Source of the DNA: a virus
Taxonomy: Duplodnaviria; Caudoviricetes
Strand: one strand, 5' to 3'
DNA: 64,000 nt
Virus record (IMG/VR): IMGVR_UViG_3300031998_000031
Location: 46,940 to 110,939 of that record
Shown: piece by piece, positions 39,681-48,196 of the stretch
How positions within the stretch are numbered: position 1 is the stretch's first letter
How the letters are laid out: every line of letters starts with the position of its first letter
Program-made: the position numbers and the translations under genes
The notes under the pieces: generated by a model
The model's input: the letters and a program-made list of their open reading frames with translations, nothing else
Database searches by the model: none
Told to the model about the DNA's origin: nothing

Positions 39681-40412
39681 ATGATGGATGATATGAAGAA
39701 GTGTGCGAACTGCCAGTATCACGAGTTCGAAGACATTACTAAGGGCTGGATTTGCGTCAATCAATCAAGTTCGCACTGCGCCGATTGGACTGAAGATTCT
39801 CAATCATGCCCATACTGGGAGCAGCGAAAACCGCCGAAGACTTGCGGTGATTGTCGCTATAACGACGTCGAGAATGACTTCCGGTGCCAGCTGATGGCAC
39901 AGTTTAGAGATGATTGTTACATAGACTTGGCTGTGCTGGATAACGTAAGGGATTCTGAATGTCCGATACTATGGAAGCGGGATAACTATAACGATGCCAT
40001 ATTTAATGGCGTTTGCCCTTGCTGCGGAAGCAAGCTTGTATTGAAAGATAGCTTTGTGTGTACATCTTGCGGGCAGGCTTTCAAAAATCCTTTTCGCCGT
40101 GTGATAGCAATCGATTTTGACGGGTGCCTTTGCGAAAATGATTGGCCTGATGTCGGGGACCCGCACTGGTCGGTCATACATGATGCGCTGGAGGCTAAGG
40201 CTTCGGGCGCGAAGCTGATATTGTGGACATGTAGAGATGGCGAAGACCTTAAGGTGGCCATTGAGGCCTGCAAGTCGTGGGGGCTTGAGTTTGATGCGGT
40301 CAACGACAATTTGCCTGAGCTAAAGAAACTTTGGGAGAATAATCCTCGAAAAATCGCAGCCAAAGAGTATTGGGACGATAGGGCGGTATTGAAAAATGGG
40401 AAGCAAGAGTAA
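39681..40412 (+). CDS. HAD-superfamily hydrolase with N-terminal Cys-rich domains
   Basis: 'IAIDFDGCL', 'LILWTCR', 'FDAVNDN', 'RKI...YWDDRA'. Confidence 0.75.
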   Translation: MMDDMKKCANCQYHEFEDITKGWICVNQSSSHCADWTEDSQSCPYWEQRKPPKTCGDCRYNDVENDFRCQLMAQFRDDCYIDLAVLDNVRDSECPILWKRDNYNDAIFNGVCPCCGSKLVLKDSFVCTSCGQAFKNPFRRVIAIDFDGCLCENDWPDVGDPHWSVIHDALEAKASGAKLILWTCRDGEDLKVAIEACKSWGLEFDAVNDNLPELKKLWENNPRKIAAKEYWDDRAVLKNGKQE

Positions 40413-40675
40413 GAAAAAGCCTCAGGTATTGACAAGGGCTAAAGAGGAGGCCATAAAGCATGATGCGATAAGTCACATTATGATTGTCTTCGTCGCAACG
40501 TGCGTCGAGGAGTTCGGCTGGCAGGATGCCGATATAAAGCTTTTTGTTGAGCGTTTTAAGAGGTATTCAAATGCCGTCGATGAAAAGCTGATAACGCTAA
40601 GGCATGTTCAAGAGCTGGTGAATGAGGAAGCGGGAACAGACCTGCATTTTTACTGAAAAATCTAAACCTAAACAC

Positions 40676-40704
40676 TTGACATTATACTAATGTAATGTTA
40701 TATT
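40676..40704 (+). promoter_or_regulatory. Repeated early promoter copy 5, upstream of the RNA island
   Basis: TTGACA-N17-TATATT with extended TG. Confidence 0.8.
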
Positions 40705-41291
40705 ATTTATGTAAATGGTTACATGGGAAGAGCAATGAGGAGAATGGGATGACAAAGTACGTAACGCGACTCGGACGGTTTATCGATGATTTGAGAGATG
40801 CAATCTATCGAAAGGGCGTGCCGAGCTATGTGGACATCAACTTAAGGTTTTATATTCTTAAGGACGCGGACGGAAGACCGTATTACGAGGTCACAAAAGA
40901 CCTTGGGAGCGAATACGGGCTAAGGACCGTTGACTGTGGATTCAACACAGGCACATGCCTGCTTGTCGGAGATAAGATAGGCGGGAACGAGTGCAAGAGC
41001 GTCGAGTTCTTCGCGGGTGAACATCCTGATGTATCGCACGGCAAGATGCTTATCCTTGTTTCGGACATTGCTGACGAAGAGCTTGTTGGAGACGAATCCA
41101 TAATCATGGTCGAGTCAGAAGAAGCAGATTGGTACGAAAAACTAATGGGATAATTGGGGCGCTATAAGTGCCTTGGTTATAAGGGGACGCTTGCCGAGGC
41201 GTGGACGAAGTCGGACGAATACCACATATTACTCCTAAAATATAAATGCATAAGCTAACATGTCCATGTTGGAAACGACATCCCCTTTTAT

Positions 41292-41366
41292 AGCGGTTTA
41301 GCCAAGCGGCAAGGCAACCGGCTTTGGTCCGGTCATTCGTTGGTTCGAATCCAACAACCGCCGCCA
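41292..41366 (+). tRNA. tRNA-Gln(UUG)
   Basis: ACCGG-CTTTGGT-CCGGT anticodon arm, GTTGG-TTCGAAT-CCAAC T arm, unpaired 1:72, encoded CCA. Confidence 0.9.
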
Positions 41367-41504
41367 CGTCGCATTATCGACGATAGACATATTGTTGTCA
41401 GGTAGACGGCTCTACCTTCTTGCCGTAAAGCCTTTGAAAATAAGGCTGCGAAAGGGTTCAACTCCCAATCGTGTTATGGACGGAAACGGCAGTCCTTTCT
41501 GAAG

Positions 41505-42749
41505 ATGAAGGAAGATTTGAAAATGAGTGAGATGATAATTGAGGGAAGATTTAATACAGCTAAAGTCTTTACGGACGTGATAGACGACGAAAGCATCCGG
41601 CAGATTAAGGAGCTTTTGAATCAGGAATTCTTTTCTGACTCAAAGATAAGGCTGATGCCGGACGTTCACGCCGGTGCAGGGTGTACGATAGGGACCACTA
41701 TGACCATAAAGGATAAGATAGTGGCTAACTTGGTGGGTGTGGACATATCGTGCGGAATGCGAGTAGCGAAGCTGAAAGAGACACATTTAGAGCTTCAGCA
41801 GCTCGATAAGGTCATCCATGAGAATGTCCCGTCGGGATTCTGCAAAAGGGGCAGCGTCCATCGGTTTGCAGATATGGTCGACCTATCAAAGCTCCGCTGC
41901 GCTGATAAGGTCAACATAGATAATGCTCGTGTCAGCCTTGGTACCCTTGGCGGAGGGAATCACTTCATTGAGGCGAATAGGGCTGATGATGGGAGTCTAT
42001 ACATCGTTATACATTCAGGAAGCAGGCACCTTGGTCTTGAGGTCGCGAACTGGTATCAGGAAGAAGCATTTAGACAGCTAAGCGGGGGCGAAAAACGCAA
42101 TCTTAAAGAGATGCGAGATGAGGTCATTGCAAAGCTGAGGGCTGAGGGCCGCGAGAAGGAAATCGGAGCAGCTCTCAAAGCTCTGCCCGCGAGCGGCAAA
42201 TCTGATATTCCTAAGGACTTGGCCTATTGCAGCGGCAATCTGTTTGATGACTACATCCACGACATGATAATCATTCAGCAGTTTGCGGACTTGAATCGCA
42301 GGGCCATGATGGATGAGATAGTAAGGGGCATGCACCTGCACGTAGAGGACGAGTTCACGACCGTCCATAACTACATCGACACTGATGCGATGATACTGAG
42401 AAAAGGCGCAGTCTCTGCAAAGGATGGGGAAGTGTTGATAATCCCGATAAATATGAGGGACGGAAGCCTCATCTGCTGTGGCAAGGGTAATCCTGACTGG
42501 AATTATTCAGCGCCTCATGGTGCCGGGAGACTTATGAGCCGCAAAAAGGCGAAGGAGTCTTTGACTGTTTCGCAGTTTAAAAAGGAGATGGAGGGTATAT
42601 ACAGTACATCTATCAATCATAGTACGTTAGACGAAGCTCCGATGGCATATAAATCAATTGATGACATCGTGAGTAACATTGGAGACACGGTAGACGTCCT
42701 TGGAGTAATTAAGCCGATATATAATTTCAAGGCCGGTGAAGATTACTAA
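41505..42749 (+). CDS. rtcB: RtcB RNA 3'-phosphate/5'-OH ligase
   Basis: 'MPDVHAG', 'VGVDISCG', 'GTLGGGNHFIE', 'IHSGSR', 'HNY', 'RKGA', 'PHGAGR', 'DEAPMAYK'. Confidence 0.95.
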   Translation: MKEDLKMSEMIIEGRFNTAKVFTDVIDDESIRQIKELLNQEFFSDSKIRLMPDVHAGAGCTIGTTMTIKDKIVANLVGVDISCGMRVAKLKETHLELQQLDKVIHENVPSGFCKRGSVHRFADMVDLSKLRCADKVNIDNARVSLGTLGGGNHFIEANRADDGSLYIVIHSGSRHLGLEVANWYQEEAFRQLSGGEKRNLKEMRDEVIAKLRAEGREKEIGAALKALPASGKSDIPKDLAYCSGNLFDDYIHDMIIIQQFADLNRRAMMDEIVRGMHLHVEDEFTTVHNYIDTDAMILRKGAVSAKDGEVLIIPINMRDGSLICCGKGNPDWNYSAPHGAGRLMSRKKAKESLTVSQFKKEMEGIYSTSINHSTLDEAPMAYKSIDDIVSNIGDTVDVLGVIKPIYNFKAGEDY

Positions 42750-42763
42750 GGTGGCTATACTGT

Positions 42764-42838
42764 GGGCGTGTAGCTCAGCGGTAGAGCACCCGGCTCATAA
42801 CCGGTTGGTCGCGGGTTCGAATCCCGAAGCGCCCACCA
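42764..42838 (+). tRNA. tRNA with CAU anticodon (Ile2-like or Met)
   Basis: CCGG-CTCATAA-CCGG arm, T loop TTCGAAT, ACCA end; mismatches at the acceptor/T-stem junction. Confidence 0.8.
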
Positions 42839-42937
42839 AGTAAGTGAGACTTAAATGCTGTAAATGATGATGCGGGGCGTCCGCGCCAGCCGCGTCTATG
42901 GGTGACGATGCTAACCGGAAGTACAGCAGCCCAGAAT

Positions 42938-43038
42938 ACTGCGGTGGCGGAATAGGTAGACGAAGGTAAGATGGTCGCTCCATCGCTGGGCGCATATTCC
43001 TGTATGCGCCATGTGAGGTGCAAATCCTCACCCGCAGT
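42938..43038 (+). ncRNA. tRNA-like scaffold RNA E1
   Basis: ACTGCGG/CCGCAGT helix, GCGGAATAGGTAGACG D arm, GTGAGG-TGCAAAT-CCTCAC T arm, two-hairpin insert, no CCA. Confidence 0.75.
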
Positions 43039-43042
43039 TTAT

Positions 43043-43119
43043 GCTTCGGTAGCGCAACAGGCAGAGGCAACCGCCTCAAAAGCGGAAGAGTGCTGGTTCA
43101 AGTCCAGCACCCTGCGCCA
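43043..43119 (+). pseudogene. Chimeric tRNA-Leu(CAA) with unpaired acceptor stem
   Basis: 5' part identical to 43334 copy; 3' strand ACCCTGC-GCCA mostly fails to pair with GCTTCGG. Confidence 0.7.
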
Positions 43120-43123
43120 ACAT

Positions 43124-43206
43124 GGGAGAGTGCGCTTAATTGGTGATAGCAGCGGGCTGTAAACCCGTGACGTAGAAACGCTGGAGGTTCGAGTCCTGCT
43201 TGCATT
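43124..43206 (+). pseudogene. tRNA-Tyr(GUA)-like copy 1 lacking acceptor 3' strand and CCA
   Basis: GCGGG-CTGTAAA-CCCGT arm, variable arm, T loop TTCGAGT, then TTGCATT not complementary to GGGAGAG. Confidence 0.7.
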
Positions 43207-43217
43207 ACTTAGTAAAT

Positions 43218-43330
43218 AACTGCGGTGACGGAATAGGTAGACGTAGGAGTAAGGGTAACCGAGGGATGATAAAACCCTGTATACACAAACGATAGACCCT
43301 CATACAAGGTGCAAATCCTTGTCCGCAGTT
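43218..43330 (+). ncRNA. tRNA-like scaffold RNA E2
   Basis: AACTGCGG/CCGCAGTT, D stem ACG/CGT (covaried), ACAAGG-TGCAAAT-CCTTGT. Confidence 0.75.
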
Positions 43331-43333
43331 CAT

Positions 43334-43410
43334 GCTTCGGTAGCGCAACAGGCAGAGGCAACCGCCTCAAAAGCGGAAGAGTGTGGGTTCGAATCCCACC
43401 CGAAGCACCA
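43334..43410 (+). tRNA. tRNA-Leu(CAA) with short variable loop
   Basis: GCTTCGG/CCGAAGC, CCGC-CTCAAAA-GCGG, GTGGG-TTCGAAT-CCCAC, A73-CCA. Confidence 0.8.
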
Positions 43411-43523
43411 ACGGGGTTGCAGAGCAAATGTACGTCCGACCCAGTGCGCCCAGCTTGTTAAGCTGGATACGCAGGCCAATAGGATGTGATGTGTGGTTAG
43501 CGGTGAATCCTTAAACCGCCCGT

Positions 43524-43599
43524 GCTGGGATAGCTCAGTCGGCAGAGCATCTGCCTCGTAAGCAGGAGGTCAAGGGTTCAAACCCCTTTCCCAGCTCCA
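43524..43599 (+). tRNA. tRNA-Thr(CGU)
   Basis: GCTGGGA/TCCCAGC, CTGC-CTCGTAA-GCAG, TCCA end. Confidence 0.9.
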
Positions 43600-43601
43600 T
43601 A

Positions 43602-43740
43602 TGATACCGTGGCGGAATATGTAGACGCATTCACGAGGCGACGTAAGACGGTAAGAGGTGCTGCCCTACCTATGGACGCATAGGTCGTGTCAACCGATGA
43701 GTAGCTGAGCTATGCAGGGTGAAAATCCCTGCCGGTATCA
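43602..43740 (+). ncRNA. tRNA-like scaffold RNA E3
   Basis: TGATACCG/CGGTATCA, GCGGAATATGTAGACGC, GCAGGG-TGAAAAT-CCCTGC. Confidence 0.75.
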
Positions 43741-43746
43741 AGATTT

Positions 43747-43837
43747 GCGGAATTAAGCCTAACTGGTAAGGCAGCGGTTTGCTAAACCGTGAGTAGGGTG
43801 AAAGCCCGTGCAGGTTCAAGTCCTGCATTCCGCGCCA
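43747..43837 (+). tRNA. tRNA-Ser(GCU)
   Basis: GCGGAAT/ATTCCGC, GCGGT-TTGCTAA-ACCGT, long variable arm, GCCA end. Confidence 0.9.
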
Positions 43838-43841
43838 ACAT

Positions 43842-43924
43842 GGGAGAGTGCGCTTAATTGGTGATAGCAGCGGACTGTAAATCCGTGACATTGAAACGTT
43901 GGTGGTTCGAGTCCTGCTTGCATT
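43842..43924 (+). pseudogene. tRNA-Tyr(GUA)-like copy 2 lacking acceptor 3' strand and CCA
   Basis: GCGGA-CTGTAAA-TCCGT arm; same non-pairing 3' tail as copy 1. Confidence 0.7.
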
Positions 43925-43933
43925 ACTTAGTAA

Positions 43934-44118
43934 ATAACTGCGGTGGCGGAATAGGTAGACGCTATGAAGAATACAGGTAGACAGGTCCTTCGGTTCGAAT
44001 CCGGCGCGGTGCTTGCGAAGTGGCTAATCGCATAGAGGGCGAAGTAGCCCATAGCGCAGTGGTTTTATGTCAGGGAATAGGCTTGTTATGCGTGGTGCAA
44101 ATCCACGTCCGCAGTTAT
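43934..44118 (+). ncRNA. tRNA-like scaffold RNA E4 (longest insert)
   Basis: ATAACTGCGG/CCGCAGTTAT, GCGGAATAGGTAGACGC, GCGTGG-TGCAAAT-CCACGT. Confidence 0.75.
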
Positions 44119-44123
44119 GAAAT

Positions 44124-44213
44124 GCAGAAGTGACCCGAACGGTAAGGGGCCCGTCTCGAAAACGGAGTGTAAGGTGAAAGCCTGTGGGGGTTCGATTCCC
44201 TCCTTCTGCGCCA
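44124..44213 (+). tRNA. tRNA-Ser(CGA)
   Basis: GCAGAAG/CTTCTGC, CCGT-CTCGAAA-ACGG, long variable arm, GCCA end. Confidence 0.9.
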
Positions 44214-44217
44214 ATAT

Positions 44218-44293
44218 GGGACATTAGCTCAGTTGGCAGAGCAATCGGCTGTTAACCGATGGGTCGTAGGTTCGAGTCCTACATGTCCCGCCA
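44218..44293 (+). tRNA. tRNA-Asn(GUU)
   Basis: GGGACAT/ATGTCCC, ATCGG-CTGTTAA-CCGAT, GCCA end. Confidence 0.92.
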
Positions 44294-44461
44294 CGCTGAA
44301 TTAATAGTAGGCGGCCAAAGAAAAAGTGTATGAATAAAAATAGGCCATAATAGGCCAGTTAGGGCAGGAAGGGATGGAGTTTACTTTTTCAACCCGGCTT
44401 AATAGAGCTTTTTCGAGACAAAGTCTCACCTGACCCATTTTGTTATTAGTAGGAGGAAACG

Positions 44462-47400
44462 ATGGAAGAAGTTAAAAGAGCAACTAATATGTACGAGGTT
44501 GCAACAGACAACAGCATTAAGCTTGCAAACATAAAAACAATGCTTGGCGCGATATGCTTTTTTATGGAGGGGACCACGCCTGAGGATGACGATTCAGTTT
44601 ATTCATCATCCTTTAAGGACCTGTTAGCGGGCCAACAGAGCGACATACGCTGCATCGAAGAGCGAGTGACCCATCTCTGTGCTGAGCTTGGGGTGGCTAT
44701 GAATCATAAATAGCTCGTAAAAACGAGCAAACGCGTTTTGAGGGGGTGATTTAAGTGAGCGCTTATAGCGACTGGAAGTATGGGTGCATATCTGATTCTG
44801 AATATCGTCACGACTGCTGGGCCGAGGACATGAGAGATAGGTCCGTCGGTTGCTCTGAGGACGTTGAGAGCGAGGAAGACGATGGATATTAAGTTTCAGA
44901 TTAAGGTCCCAGCAAAAGGCGATAGATACCGGGAAGAGGTACTGGAGCATGTCGAGTCAAACGCCAAGTTTCAACTCTTATCTCAGATGGTCGACTCTAT
45001 CACTGAAAACGAGACGTTTGTTTTCAAAATAAGCCATGATGAGAGGCCCTGCTGGGATACTTATGATGCGCTGGTTACATATCAAATCTTTTGCGAAAGC
45101 CTGAGTGATTATCGAATGAACCTTGAACGTTCTAAACCGCCGGAGCCTAAAGTCAGCGTTATGGGGCGTATAGCCAAGGCTGTCAATTATATCTTTACTG
45201 GTCAAATGTGATAAAAGCTACGCGGTGCGAGCAGACAATGGAATCACTATGCCTATAGTGCTGTAGATGCTTGGAATATGAGGGCCCAGATGCAGGATGT
45301 CTAAATGATGGGAGGTTGAACAAATGGTGATTCCGACATGCATAAATATTTGCGGTGTCCCGCATAGAGTTATTTTAAAAAAGGACCATTTCAGTGCGGA
45401 CGCACATTTCGGCGAGATTGATTATACAAATGCGGTCATTACTATAAACGAGGACATGCCACCGGAAATGCAATCTGCGACGATATGTCACGAATGGCTC
45501 CATGGAGCACTGGTCATGCTTGGCTATGATGACCTGACTTCCGATGAGAAGTTCGTGAGCGCCTTGGCTGCGGCGATAAACGCCACATTTATGTTTAAGA
45601 TTGGAAGGACTGAATGAGATGGATAATGTTACATTCTTAAAAGAGCTGGGCCGGATGTGTAAATCTTATCCTCGCTGTTACGGTTGCGATTTATTCGAAC
45701 TTGGATGTACCTTAGGAAATGTCGCGGAAAACGCTAACAAGGCTGACAAGATTGTAGCAATAGTCGAGCAATGGAGTAAAGAACATCCGATACAGACCAA
45801 CAGGCAGATGATTTACAACACAATCAGCGGAGCGTCAAAAAGGTTTTGTCTGCTTCATGGAATATTTTGTACTAATGCCAATTCAAATGGGTTTTGTGAA
45901 GTAACTGCTTGCACAAAGCGAACGGATGAAACTGTCACGATAGTCTGCGAAGTGCCGAATGAGGACTAATTATGGGGAAAAAAAGAGTTTACGAAACAGA
46001 GGCGGAATACGCTGCATACCGTGCAGGCTATCACGCAGGAGTGAGAAGCCGCAGCAGGAACCTCCGGGATGCAAGGACGGATTTAAACATAGCAGTAGCT
46101 TGTATAAGAGGCGTCTCTGCATCATGTAATGAGTTGGCCATTAAACAACTTGATTGGTGTGTTGAGCTTATATCCGATGTGGCGGAGAAAATCTATAGTG
46201 AGTCTCAGGGCGAATCAGCAGAAGGATGCGACGCGCCGGAGGGGGGAACAAAATGAAGGAATTTAAGGCTGGACAATATGTGAGCGTCGTGGAGCGCGAC
46301 GAAGATAACATCCCTTATGATGCGAGTACCTATATCCTTATTGCTCAAGTGAACAACTATGCGATTTGCTCGCCTCTGATAAACGGTCTGGATGACCTTG
46401 ACTACATACTTGACTACTACGTGAGCGTGAGCGCGAACAACTGCTTCACAGACATTGTAATCTTTGATGTGGATGATGTCTTCGATTCCTATGAGGAAGC
46501 CGCCGCTCAACTTCCGGGCGATGCCGATTAGCAGGAGGTAGACCATGAAGAGTTTAGAGCGCTATATTCAGGATATAAATGATGAGATTGATGTAATTCA
46601 TGCTAAAAATGCGCAGATTGCTTCAAATTCCAGAAGCATCGACCATGCTCTTGACTATATCATTAGGGTGAAGCTCGAAAGACTCGAACGCGTCGTTTCC
46701 GAAATGCCGGAACCTGCACGCTGGATTGATAACGGCAAATTCCTCCCGACGTGCTCAAACTGCCTGAATGGCGCTCTTATCTATGAATGGGGAGAGCTTG
46801 TGGGGTGCAGCGACCCGTCTGGCGAAACTGGCGGGCATTACGAGGAATATTCTAAGCCGTTGTGGTCGAAATACTGTCCGTATTGTGGCGCAAAGATGAC
46901 CAACGCGGAGGAATAAATGAGCGTATTCATTAATGACGAAGTTTATATCTGCTCAATAGCAAGTGTTGGAGATATGCATTGCATCCAGTTGTTTTTAAAC
47001 ATTCCCGTATTAGTTAGCTCACGTTGGGTGCCGTCGGTACAATCCCCTCACGGGCTTGAATCGTGGTGGATTTGGGGAAGCACAGGCCGAACGGGGGATG
47101 TGAAATATGTCGAATTACATCACCTTCTGGCTGCGCCAACAGTAATAGATGCTGAGAGCGGAGCGAAGATAAAGAGGGAGTGACATATGCAAAGCGCGAC
47201 AGTCAAACCCACTAAGCATATTTATGGAACATTCAATGCGAGAATGCAAACGACAGAGGCTGTGGTAGTTTGTTCCATTACCGGCCCGTGCACGTACCCG
47301 TGCACGCATATGTACGGGTCCGAGATTGAACCGATAAAAACATCCGCGAGGTGTTTCTTCTGTGATGCCGAAATCCCGGAAAGCAGAATCGAGATGTTAT

Positions 47401-48164
47401 TCCCGATGTGTGATACATGCGCTCTTAAGTTGCGCAAGCTGATAAGTACCGTTAAGCTTGATGGGGGTAAATAGTATATGCATGACAACATCATAGATAT
47501 AGATGCCTTGAAACCCCACAAAGTCTCAGAGGTGATATGCGTAAAGTGCGGTTATAGGTGGATAGCTGTAAGGCCCGTGGGAGTATTGCTTAAAGAGCTT
47601 GAGTGCGAAAGATGCGGGCAAGGTTTTGTGATAGAGACCGGTGAGGAGATTGAAATGTAGGAGGAGTCGGCATGATAGATATCATCGACGTGAAGAAAGA
47701 CATTAAAAAAGGACGGCTGAAGTGTTTCCTAAAGCATGGGCTGATTTATCTCGAAAACGATGCAGGTGCAGAGTTTGGCTCCGAGGGGGAACGAGTTGTA
47801 ATTGGTAAGGCTACTGAGGATGTTCTTAAAGACAGCCTCGCGTACCTCAAGAATTCAAAGCGCTTTAAAGATTTACTCGGTACGGTGAGTGATTGATATG
47901 GCAAGGCATGACCTTTTGACGATAAGTGAAACACCGGGCTTTTGCCGATGGCTAAAGGAAAAGGGATTTGTAATTGACCTCCGGACCCACCATCCTATTT
48001 TGTTTATCGCAAGAAATCCGAAGACGAAGGTTTTTGTTAAGGCATACTATAACAGCCACTATCCATCCGCCGCGTCCATAGAGAACAAAGATGAGGAGAT
48101 AGTAAGGGAATATCTGAGGGAAATGAATTCTGCCCCGTCTGTTGTGCCGCAAAGCGGATTGTGA
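44462..48164 (+). other. Run of small hypothetical genes, several with CxxC zinc-ribbon motifs
   Basis: Contiguous + strand ORFs of 60-125 aa with GGAG RBSs. Confidence 0.6.
45324..45617 (+). CDS. Small HExxH metallopeptidase-like protein (ImmA/IrrE-like)
   Basis: 'GEIDY....I.IN......TICHEWLHG'. Confidence 0.65.
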   Translation: MVIPTCINICGVPHRVILKKDHFSADAHFGEIDYTNAVITINEDMPPEMQSATICHEWLHGALVMLGYDDLTSDEKFVSALAAAINATFMFKIGRTE

Positions 48165-48196
48165 TATAATCTTCAGAATAACGGAGGTTTTTAATA

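Noticed and set aside
42900-42932. SRP RNA-like CCGGAAG..AGCAGCC
   Set aside because: Lacks the CAGG strand and helix geometry of SRP domain IV
43334-43410. Opal suppressor (UCA) reading of the CTCAAAA loop, implying recoding
   Set aside because: The 7-nt loop places CAA at 34-36; TGA and TAG act as normal stops throughout the window
42938-44118. tmRNA, tRNA-Sec or group I intron-containing tRNA-Leu as the identity of E1-E4
   Set aside because: Too short for tmRNA or group I introns, no tag ORF, no UCA anticodon, no CCA, and no reconstructable anticodon arm across copies
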